Part shown: one piece after another, positions 53,232-64,000 of the stretch
Layout: each line of letters opens with the position of its first letter
Numbering within the stretch: position 1 is the stretch's first letter
NCBI GenBank assembly: GCA_964057225.1
Contig: OZ059894.1
Coordinates: forward strand, 6,696,001 to 6,760,000
Length of the DNA stretch: 64,000 nt
Direction of reading: 5' to 3'
DNA from: Auanema rhodensis
Taxonomy: Eukaryota; Animalia; Nematoda
Notes under the pieces: generated by a model
The model's database searches: none
Seen by the model: the letters and a program-made list of their open reading frames with translations, nothing else
What the model was told of the DNA's origin: nothing
Made by a program: the position numbers and the translations under genes

Positions 53232-54025
53232 CTAGAAAACAGTTTTTATTTTATCACATAGGTTACAGCTTTTAGGACAAAGTTTTATCATAAGTTTATG
53301 ATAGGATTTGTTATTGCATAGTCCAAGTTTTTCCTCACAATCGTAGGCTCGATTCAAACATAGCTAAAACTTAAATATATTTCTGAGTACCTAACTAGCT
53401 CACCTTTTCTGTTGTGTTCTCTGTTGGTACCTGATTGCGTATAAGACCAACCAGTTCCTGTAGGGTTATACCACCAGCTTCTAACTCTTTCAACGTCGTT
53501 CTTCCACGTACTGGAATTTGAGAAGATGTATGTGAATTTATAGCTAAAATTAACATATTTTATTCCTTATATGTATTTTGTTAAGAGGCTTGGAAGTTAC
53601 CACATCAGGCTCCGAATAATCCTCTTCATTTGAACAAAAACCACATGTTAATGCACATCTTAAATTCAAAATTATCAGAAATCTCATTTTCAAACTCACT
53701 GTTTTGTCATCATTCTTTTATATGATGTTCTTTTGCAAAGATGACGTCTCTCTTCACAATCACTGGCTTGATCTACACATTTACTTGGGTTGCGAAAAGA
53801 ACCTGGTGTTTCAGATTCTAAATCTGTTGTACGGACACAGACATTGCATGTTTTTGGGCATTGTTTTTCCATCAATTTCTTTTCAACTTCATTTTCACTG
53901 TGGCATAGATTTTCTCTTTTTTGACAGTCTCGAGAAAAATTTTGACAATGAGATGAAGGAATATTCGAGTCGGAATGAACTCTTTGTATGGCAATTGATA
54001 AAATGAAAATTTGTACGAAGATCAT
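53232..54025 (-). CDS. Secreted protein with three ShKT (SXC) domains
   Basis: Signal peptide; CQNFSRDC..LC..MEKQCPKTCNVC; CVDQASDC..LC..MTKQCALTCGFC; CLNRAYDC..LC..MIKLCPKSCNLC. Confidence 0.9.
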
Positions 54026-54639
54026 AAGCCAGGCGTTTAAACAAAGTTAATTTTTGTGCTGAGCAAAAACAGAAAACTGAGAGTAGTTCAGTGCACTGGT
54101 CAAAGAGCAGTTCAGTGAACAGACTGAACCTGTTAAAATAAAATTCGGTATAGTGTTCTCATTTGTTGACCAAGTCTATATAATAACTCGACACGTTCAC
54201 ACATAATAATGGCTGAACAACGTGCGACTTGAAGTGAACTGATTCAATCTTATGCACGTTTTCCCCAACTGACAGTACATGTTTATCTATTGAAAATATC
54301 CTTTTCTTGAGTTCTTATAGATTATTAACCAGGACCGTTACATACGTTAAGCAACACGAGTACAATTTAAACACAAATATATGAATCAGTTTTAATATAT
54401 TTATAATATTTTGGTTTATAAATTTATAATATGCTTTATAATTTTTATAATATGTACAACATATTCATGCTATTTATTACTTAATAATATAATATCACAA
54501 TTAATCACACCATACATACTGTTACTACTAAAGATGAATGCGCGCTCTATTGTAAACATTTGCTCTTTTCTGAACTGAAGTTACTTATTTTCAATAAGTG
54601 TTGCTTTAAATTATATTTTAACTTCTATATATTTATTTA

Positions 54640-55586
54640 ATGGCAACAACAGAACCACCAGTTAAACGTAAGAGAAAAGGAATATTCGATGATGATCTTG
54701 ATCCTACCAGATTTGATGACTTTACCGGTGATTTAGTCTGAAGAAATTGGAAGTAAATTATTTAGTTTAGACTTTACCTATGTTCCTCGAGGAAAATGTC
54801 ACGTATGTGGAAGTTGTGACAATGGTCGATTCAAAATACCAAGTATGTTGAATGTCGGGTCTTAGCACATGATAGTTTGCAGAATGTAGGAGCACTAGAA
54901 CAACTATGATCGTACAATTAAAGCTTCCAAAACAGTTTGAGAATGAATTGATCAATAGAAATAATGTAAGTATGATTGTGATTTAATTTATGGATTGGAT
55001 ATGTATTTCATATTTAAAATGAATTCGCTATTCTATTTCTAGGTTCAACTATGCAGTTTACATTTTCCTAAATCAGCGTTTATGATCGTTAAAGGCAAAA
55101 AAATACTGTATGATAGACGCGTCGTTTTGGTAAAGATGTGAAGCTTTAAATTATCTTAAACCATTTCGTTTAAGCCTTATAAATTGTCAGATCGGCTAGA
55201 CAGTGTTGCAAGTTCTAGTACTGCTGATGTGTTAACCGAAGAAGGTCTAGACGATGATGAGGTTTGTGATTTGAACAGCGCTAACCTGAACGATGTTTTC
55301 AGATAGAATCAGGTGAATCTCCAATAGCTAGTTATGCTTGTGTTATATGTGATAACAATAGCCCAATCAACAAAATGAAAGTAGATTTTTAAAATATATA
55401 GAAATATGTGATATTTGTGAGTTTCAGGTATTGCCAGTAAAAGCTAAACCTCGATTTGACTCACTCCAGAAACTGTGCATTCCCCACAACTTCTATTGGG
55501 ACATTATGATAGCACCTAATCCTATGATTTGCAATACACATCTACCTCAGGAAAATCCTTCAAAAACGGATAATAATAATGAATAA
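54640..55586 (+). CDS. THAP-like / LIN-15-type C2CH zinc-finger protein with two domains
   Basis: NLS PVKRKRK. Domain 1 KCHVCG...RFKIP...VQLCSLHF; domain 2 ACVICD...PMICNTHL. Seven short exons in consistent phase. Confidence 0.6.
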
Positions 55587-56210
55587 GTTGTTTTACATTA
55601 TACTATTTTACTATTACGATCGTTCATTTTCACCTTCGCATTGTTTTTATTTTGTCTCAATTTGTATATTACCTCTGTTCAAAATATGTTATATTATCAT
55701 CTTCTTAAATTTTTATTTTTTAGTCGTGTACAGAGAATATAGGTCTGGAAATGTTTCAAGATTTGTTTTCAAAAACAAGAAAATAAATACTGAACTTACC
55801 CTCGCACCACTCATTTTCTTATTTTGCTTGAAATTGTTTTGAATGTTAATTCCTTACCAATGTTTATTATTTCTATAATATTAACTACAAAACATTTGAT
55901 TGAAGATTGTAAATTTTTATTTTTTTTACAAATTTCACATTTACTATTTAAAGTAAGTATTTATAACATGCATAAGTAGGAGAGCTATTTTTTTAAATTA
56001 GAAGATATATTTTCTAGACACAACCGCTCTGCACAAAATAAAATAGAAAATATATTCAAATGAAAATGAGGTAATATAAATGATATCAATCAGCATATGG
56101 AATCGCAAAGTTCTAAATTAATGAAAATTATATATCACATAAGACTTAAGTCTAAAGAAAAACAATTATTATTTGTAGATCAATACTACGGTACAAGTCA
56201 TATAAGTACT

Positions 56211-57109
56211 TCACCGCCTGACAAGTTGAACAGTTTGCATCATTGGAATATTATTATAAGCTAAAGTCTGTTGTAATGTCTCTCTTTGATACGCTTGTTC
56301 TTTTGAAGTTTTATCTCGTTGTCTTCTGTTCTTAAACCAGTTCGAAATCTACAAAGAAATTTAATTATTTAAAAAATGTATTTTTATTACCTGAACTATC
56401 TTCAATTCGGTTACACGCGATATTTCTTTCTTTTGCTCAAGGGTAGGGTAAGGGTTATGCTGGTAGAAATCACGAAGTCTCTATAAACAATAAAATTGAT
56501 AAAATAATATTGCAGTTATAATAAACCTTTCGGCTATTTTCTTTGAAAGAATAAACAGTTTCCTGACCATCCCAAATACTGGCTGGTGGAGGATATTTTC
56601 TTCGAAGACGATATTTTTCAACAGGGCCGAGTTCTTTGCCACGTTTTACTGCATTCTGAAATGAAAAAATAGAAAACTTTAAAAATACAGGTCTTACTTC
56701 TCTGTATCGTCCTTGATACCAGAGCTCTTGTAATTCTTTGAAATATTCTTCTTCAAACCTTGTTTTGGAAATCATTTCAAACATCATATCGAATTTTCCC
56801 ATATATAAAAGAGTATATATATAAGCTAAAAACAATTTATGTATGAAATATATTTAAATAATAAAGCTTACAGATCAGCACAGGTTGAGAAGCATACACA
56901 GGATTCACAAGAGGATTATTGATATTATCAGAAAAAAGTTTGGTTAAAGCATCGCCATCTTCGGCTTTATAAAGTGCTGTACATAGAGCATCCAACTAAA
57001 ATAAATACATATATTTTATAAAATAATAATTATATATTAAAAAAGCAGAGAGAGAAGCTTTTGTGACAGCCGAACTAACCTGCTCACGGGAATATTGGGA
57101 AACAGACAT
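56211..57109 (-). CDS. unc-39: SIX4/5-class homeobox transcription factor
   Basis: SIX domain ..LQELWYQGRYRE..KRGKELGPVEKYRLRRKYPPP; homeodomain IWDGQETVYSFKENSR..YPTLEQKKEISRVTELKIVQISNWFKNRRQRDK. The ETVY tetrapeptide and KIVQISNWF fit UNC-39. Confidence 0.88.
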
Positions 57110-59534
57110 AGTGTACTCTTCTGTAAACTCAGACGATAATATGCTGTTGGCAAGGTAATACTTTGGTTTCTACTGACAAGGTGGAGCTGTTACCGAATTA
57201 TGTAGGCGGGGCTTATTTGGTCCAGCTACTGACTTAATGAATGACACAAGAGGAGTTTGAGGATACTGTAGCTTCAGGCAGACGCAGCTGTTGGTGGGGG
57301 CAGGAGGCTCCTAATTGGTGCTGAAACGGCTTCAAATGTCAAATGGATATATGAGAAGAAGCACATATTCTAATAATTAGGCTGTTGTATATGCTCTTCA
57401 AAATAGAAATATTTTGGGTTGCAAATGCCTAGTCTCAGTATTATAGAACAGAATATTCGGGGTCAGGTGCTCTAAAGAAGAGATCTAATCCCCGTTTATA
57501 AGTTGAAAGAGAAACCAAAACAGATTTATAAAATTCATTTGCATAATAGAATCTAAAGATGATAATTGAGAATCATGAATAAACGTGATCCTTAGAGTTC
57601 AAGTACTTGACGCTTCTTCTATTCTTACCAAATCATACAATTATGCTCGTTTGATTAAAGACAAATATATGCTTTGAAGCTGATTGTTGTACAGTTATAC
57701 AATGGTTGGCAGTAAGTAAGAAAACTTGTATGAACGTCATCTGGTGTCGTGCTTGCTCATAAGATGCCACAGGGAGATAGTGTCCAGTTTGACACCTGTA
57801 CTAATAACCTGAGCAATTAAGAAGTTTGGAGCTAAAACATACCCAGATGCTGGAAAGTAGCTGGATGGATTAAACAAGTGAAATTGATTGTTATCTATGC
57901 CACCTACTAGGTGAGTTAGTTCAATTACTATAATATCAACAGGTGTTGATTAAATTGAAAACAAATCTTGTCCATCTGTTATCTTCTCATTCACAGTTCT
58001 AATCTAAGTTATATCAGAGATGCTTGCTAATTCAATAGAAATCGAGAAATCACAATATTTCTCTCAATTTCTGTAGATTCCTAACTAAGCCTTATTAACA
58101 AAAAACATTACCGGGTCTGTCGGCACACATCAACGGCATGAACTTGTCCCGATTAACAAATTCAATTGACAAAACTTTTGTCAACTAGTGAAAATCCTTT
58201 AATTGTTTTTCTTTTTCTCTTTTCAGTAAGAACAACCGAGCCACTTATTGCTCTTTGCGGATAGGGGATTACGGTATGAAACTCTACCTAACAGCCCTAC
58301 GGGACGTCTGGAGCTCCAGGTCAACCTGAAGCAATTAGCTCATGAGGATAAGGAGCAACATGAACACAATGAATTCTGCATTCGAGCTGGTTTATACATA
58401 TCGAATGTGTGAATTATATATTACCTCCACAAACATACTAATTTACACTTGCGAATTTTGAAAATATTGAAAATGGAGCTATGATTTGATGAGGTCAAAG
58501 TTCCGGATATTTTATTAGATAAAAAAAATTTATTTTGGAGACATAGTTACTAAAATATATCTGAATATTTTAAAATTCACTTTCAAATATCAAAATACAA
58601 ATATATAATTAACTGTAAACAACTAACAAAATTAAATTAAATGAACATTATTATAGAGATAGTGCCCAAATATGAGATTAAGGTAAGTCCTAAATGCCAC
58701 ATGGTTTTTCCATATTGTGCTATATCCTTTAAGCACTTGACCAACGCTATGTATGGCAACATACGTTCCAGCTCAACAGGATTACTGTAGTCAGGATAAA
58801 AGACACCGCCAAGAGTCAACCGATTAGCCACCTAGGTGTGCAATTCGAGATCGGCACCTATTGTCTCTAAGCATAATGACGGAAAAAAGGACCATTTAAA
58901 ACTAAGAAGGTACAAGTAGTTCTATAGGAAATCCGGTCAAAAACATTTTCAAGATTGTATATTGCTAATAAATCAAAATATTCATCAGATTTTCTATTAT
59001 TAATATAAATTTGGATAGGCATTTAATACGATATATTGATATGAAGAGTCATTATTATTCAAATCACACTATAAAATTAAAATATATGACTGGCTAATAG
59101 TGACTAAGAGTAAGTTATAGGAAGATGGTGAAAGCTCAAATGTGGTTGTGGAACTTCTGAGTCTAATACCCCTATCATGTATATAATTTCATTTGAATAA
59201 CATTATATTGAAAGTTTTTATTTTTCTATTTTTTGAAATAAAAATGAAAAATTAACATCATAATTAACATACAAACACATTCATATAATAACAGATTGAA
59301 ATGTAATGTATATGATTAATTGATTTGAAAATAAAATCTCTCTCAAAACGAATCTGTATAACTTATGCTCATATAGTTACTGAAAAATGATACGTACGCG
59401 TAATACCAATAATTATAATTATTCAGGTTTTTGTGGATGTTGCAAAGAATTATCTAAGATCTGTGTATAACATTCAAAATATATTTGCAACATTCATAAT
59501 TGGCTCATAATGTTTTTGAATATTGAAAATCTTT

Positions 59535-61872
59535 TCATATTACTTCAGCCGGTGGACATGGAATCATTAGATTCTGATATGCAAGGTTTTGATATTTTGC
59601 TTCAAGTTTTTCTACTCGCTTCTTTTGCCATGAGCAAATGCAGAGATGGAACAGCGGGAATTCTTGTAGTAACTGAGTTCTATAAAAAAATTTTTTTTTG
59701 ATAAAAAGTTGAAGAAGAGGAATGATTTTCTTATTTTCAATTACAAACCTAAAACTTGGGCTGCATAATAGATATACAAACAGTCGAAGCAAACTGTTAA
59801 CAGCAACCAATATGCTTACAGCATCAGTAGCCAATGTATAGAATGTTGTACTGAAATTAAAAATTATAAATGCTTCATCAGGTTAGCTGTAGAATAGTTG
59901 ATTCTATACCTGCTTCCATCTTCGTGAAACAATAATGTATTGTTTGTGAATATGTTTTCCATAACTGAGATGAAGAGTGACAAAGATGAGCAGCAGAGAT
60001 AGGTTGTGGCAATACTGACCATAGTCCAGGTGGCACATCGAAGCTCATCTCGTCGCTTTTTAGAGGATGACATAGATTCTAAATATATTTACAATATCTC
60101 CAAAAATCGATGGCTAGTTGATCAACCATATCGTTTTCTCAACTTTTTACTTTTAATCTGGTTTTTATTCGGTTGAACCAAATATGTAAGATGTTTATAC
60201 TGTTTTCTAAATTCATCCGCAACCCCCTTCTCTCGATGCTCCAAAGTTTCAGTTGTTTATAAAGCGAATAGTGGAAAGAGACAGCGAAAATAACAAGATT
60301 CTTAATGGAAATATAGAAAATAAATATACATCATGATAACTACAGATAGTTGAAAGTTGGGAAAACAGTATAGTTGAAATAAAAATAAAAATGAAAAAAA
60401 CAGTTTCTATATCTACCTTTGCGAATTAACTCAGAAACTTTAGGCATGTCGATAAATGTGGTTACTGCCCAGCCGATACCTCTCAGTTTCCTTTTTGTAA
60501 CTGCTACAATGGAGATGTTCAACAGCAGAAGAATCGCAAACGGAACGAAGATATGTAGAACGGTCATAACATAGAAGTTGAATAGTTGGTAATGCTCCCA
60601 GCCAGCTAATAGCGCTATGTAATCATAACTCTGAAATATGATTATGCAACAGTTTCGCTAAGTATATCCATCAGAATGAATATATCCGGTAAAGATTTAT
60701 TGCTAAAATTACCATGTATTTTGGACAATCAGGTCGATAGGTTATATAATATTCGAAGAAGGCAGGAAGGCGGAGGAAGAATACGACGAAAAGAACAACT
60801 CCAATTGTGGTATATCTGCCATTTTCGCTGAAAATAGGTTTTATTATTTAAGTTATAACTATATGAACATTAATGAAGTATTAAATAACATTGAGATTAG
60901 CTTAATCAGAATGACACGTGCCATGTCACGTAAAAGCACGTGAACTTGTCATAATTATTTTCATAAAATATCTAGGAGCGGTTGCGTTTTTTGTTTTTAG
61001 CAAAGAATTCAAGTTCTGCGAACAAAACACTATTGTTGTTCGTATTCAATTTAATAATCTTCATACTTAACAATCATCGTAGACTATTACGGAAATATTG
61101 GATGATCAAATCGCCTGAGGGAATGTGATTGAGGGTGTAGTGTATGAGACACCCAATAATTGAAATGAATACGAAGAAAACATTGTTTTGTTAAAAAAAT
61201 GTTATTATGAAGTGGCACAACTTACGTTATCAGAAAATCAAGAGACGAAATTTCAGCTACAACTATGAAACGTTCTATTGTAGCACAAAGAATGATGTAA
61301 GTCGAAGCGAATTGAACTACAATTGTAAATTGTGATTATTCAATTATCAAAAAACGTTTGAAAATAAATGAGGAAGTAAATCATATTTCGTACCTAATCG
61401 ACTTGTTCCGAACAGAAACATTGCGTATACATGCCACAAATGATAAAGCATTTCATTCTCATGATATATAGCTAAAGCATCAACTGTGAAAAATGGAATA
61501 TATAGCAAATCCATTAACATATCTGAAATTTTTTCATTAAATTCAAATATACTCATCTATTCTTGAAGAGAAAAAACCCTTTCAAGGATTAATAATGAGA
61601 AAGTTTGCAAACCTAAGACTGCCAAAACCAACAGATACAAAGTAGGGGATTTACGAGATCTTGTCTTTGAGAATAATTTCTGAAAAAATGTTTTCAGAGT
61701 AATATAATTTTTTTAGACAAATTGAAGATTATTCAATACTGACCAATAGGAAAAAGTTACAGATGACCCCAGCTACTGCTATCGGAGTTCCGACATAGAC
61801 GATCAGCGCATATCTCGTAAAATCATATGATTCATTGCGTGAGCATGTGGATTCCAGCTCAGATTCGGTCAT
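59535..61872 (-). CDS. Class A GPCR, FMRFamide-peptide-receptor-like (frpr family)
   Basis: Seven hydrophobic segments: GTPIAVAGVICN, PTLYLLVLAVLD, STYIILCATIERF, FVPFAILLLLN, ATWTMVSIATTYLCC, LVAVNSLLRLFVYLLCSPSFR. The 3' end could include one more exon. Confidence 0.88.
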
Positions 61873-63222
61873 TGCTTAATTTGAAAAAAATATAATATTT
61901 TGAATCCATTTTTAATATTTTTAAGAAGTAAATTCATAAATAAATGATGAGACCAAACGGTACAGGTAATATTCAATTCAGTTTCAAATCAAATAGTATG
62001 GAAGGTAGGAAAGGACAGAATTGTTTTTGAGGAGCATCATATGAGTTTTTTTAGTGAGAAACAATATACCTCTCAAGAAATAGAAACAACAAAAAACATC
62101 AGAATGTAATTTAATAAGTTGCTCTTTGAATAAGCAACAATCTGAGCAAAAACAGGAGTATGCAAAACTATGTGTAGATATGGATGTATGATGGGATGAA
62201 GAGGCTGCATGCAGGAAATAAAAACATTGAGACGCAGCCTAGTGCAATAAAGGAAAGAAACAGCCATATACAGAAAAGGAAAATAAAAGGAGAAATAACG
62301 GGAAAAAAGAACTGAAAATGTAATTTGAAGAGCAGCTTTGAAGATGTTTCCACTGTGAAGGACTAGCCTTCAGGCATCAAACAATTGATTAAACATTTTA
62401 TTTTCAGTATTCGAAAACTTAAAACGACCTTCAAAAGGAGCAATGCTTGATGGAGGAAGTAAACATAATGCAATCATAACTGTTGTTGTTGAATAAAGAG
62501 AAAAGGAACAGAGTAGAAACTGATCATAACCATCTTATTAGAAATAATATAATGAAAATGAGATAGCTCAACCAATCATCACATCTGCGTGAAATGAAAT
62601 GATTGAAAACTGCTGTTGACAGAATCCACTTGAAACATGAATATGATAGCATAATATGCTAACGAAACATGAAAAATACCGAAATACCGTTAAATTAAGA
62701 TCATAATAACTTTTATTTTTTAGTTGGAAGATGCCGGAATTACAAATGAAATTGATAAGATATAATAACAAATACATATATCATATAGTTTCGAAAAATA
62801 TTCCAGCTATATAACCATATTTGAAACAGAAATGTTAAGAAAGTTGTGATGTTTTATAAAAATATCTTTCTTTTTTTGAAATTAGATCAAATATTAGATT
62901 TACATCTATAATAAACATTTCCTATTCATCTGCTGAGTCTGAATCAGTAAGTATATGAAACAGTAAGAAGGTAATACATATACAGTACATGATGATACAA
63001 ATAAAAAAAAAATGTTGTTATTACATGGCTTTTGATTCGAAAAATGGTTGATACCAGTCAAAATCATTATAATATCTTATATATATATATATACATATTA
63101 TATATATAAAGAGAGAATATATTCATTATTTGCTTAAACATTGTCGTCTCCATTTCAGAAAAATAATTGGAATTAAATCTGATCTGTCTATATCTCTGTC
63201 TTTTTGTCTTTTTTCTTCCTCC

Positions 63223-63227
<5 letters not shown>

Positions 63228-63260
<33 letters not shown>
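63228..63260. repeat. (CT)n microsatellite
   Basis: About 16 uninterrupted CT units. Confidence 0.95.
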
Positions 63261-63262
<2 letters not shown>

Positions 63263-63852
63263 AATATCCACCTAGAGAGATATACATATAGAATCATTGA
63301 ATCTACCTTTTGTAGCTATAAGAAGAAACATAACAATGATAAATGTATGGATAAAGAGGAAAAGACTTTGAATATTTTTGTCGTTTGATAAGAATATGTT
63401 TGAGATAATGACATTTTGTATATAATGGATTTGTTCTTGTTTTTTGAACAAAAAACTAATGTGACGTCTAGTCAGGAAGATATTGTGTCTGATCAAAAAA
63501 TGGCTATCTACGTATTATACAAACTACAAAATCTCAAATATACTACGAAACAAGGTATAATGGAGCACTACATCGTCTGAGAATCTATACTCGTATGAAT
63601 GAATAAATTTAAAACTCAAACTTGTTTATAATTCTATTACCTATTCCACGTGAAGTCAAGTTATTCTTCATAAAAATGATTTTTTTATGAAGAAAATATA
63701 AAAAGAAAAATTAGATATGCCTGGTTGAATGATATAGTCAAGTAAGAGAAAAGAGAAATAAGGAAGTTCGAGCTTTTTCGAGAACAGAAGGAACAAATGG
63801 ACATGCTGAAAATGGATAAGTGTGCATTAGTTCTCATAAAACATAATCTATC

Positions 63853-63878
63853 ATCAATATCAATATCAATATCAATAT
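63853..63878. repeat. (ATCAAT)n short tandem repeat
   Basis: About 4 copies of a 6-mer. Confidence 0.8.
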
Positions 63879-64000
63879 ATCAGGAAGATTCAAGCAAAAT
63901 TGGATATTATATTCAACACCCCACAACATAATCGAACGACAGCTGTTATTCTCAAGGTGATGAGCATTGGAGAAACTATCAAGCTGTCCGTAGTGTTGGC

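Noticed and set aside
58637-58831. 64-aa minus ORF upstream of unc-39
   Set aside because: Non-ATG start and no recognisable motif; more likely regulatory DNA.

Overview
AT-rich, gene-dense eukaryotic DNA with many ~40-55 nt introns and nematode-type gene families, consistent with a rhabditid (clade V) nematode chromosome; the species cannot be determined from the sequence. Protein genes in order: 3' part of an NCKX Na/K/Ca exchanger; a DUF273 glycosyltransferase; a minus-strand cluster of GET1/WRB plus two diverged TTF1/Reb1-like Myb-associated proteins; a plus-strand cluster of C12orf4/DUF2362, ttll-5 and a C19orf47-like SAM protein; a Ly6/three-finger GPI protein with a 6.9 kb first intron; hsp-17; a Fer-type SH2 tyrosine kinase; a CEPT-TRM13-cyn-1 probable operon; a 3xShKT secreted protein; a THAP/LIN-15-like protein; unc-39 (SIX4/5); and an FMRFamide-receptor-like GPCR. 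There is one tRNA-Leu(AAG). The most unusual part is the ~16 kb interval 28.1-43.9 kb, which has no recognisable protein gene. It carries splice-compatible minus-strand exons, a dense run of hairpins, and a miR-2/43/250-family site with central mismatch and extended 3' pairing, so it is a candidate structured lncRNA or miRNA-decay trigger. All gene models were assembled by eye and some termini are approximate.
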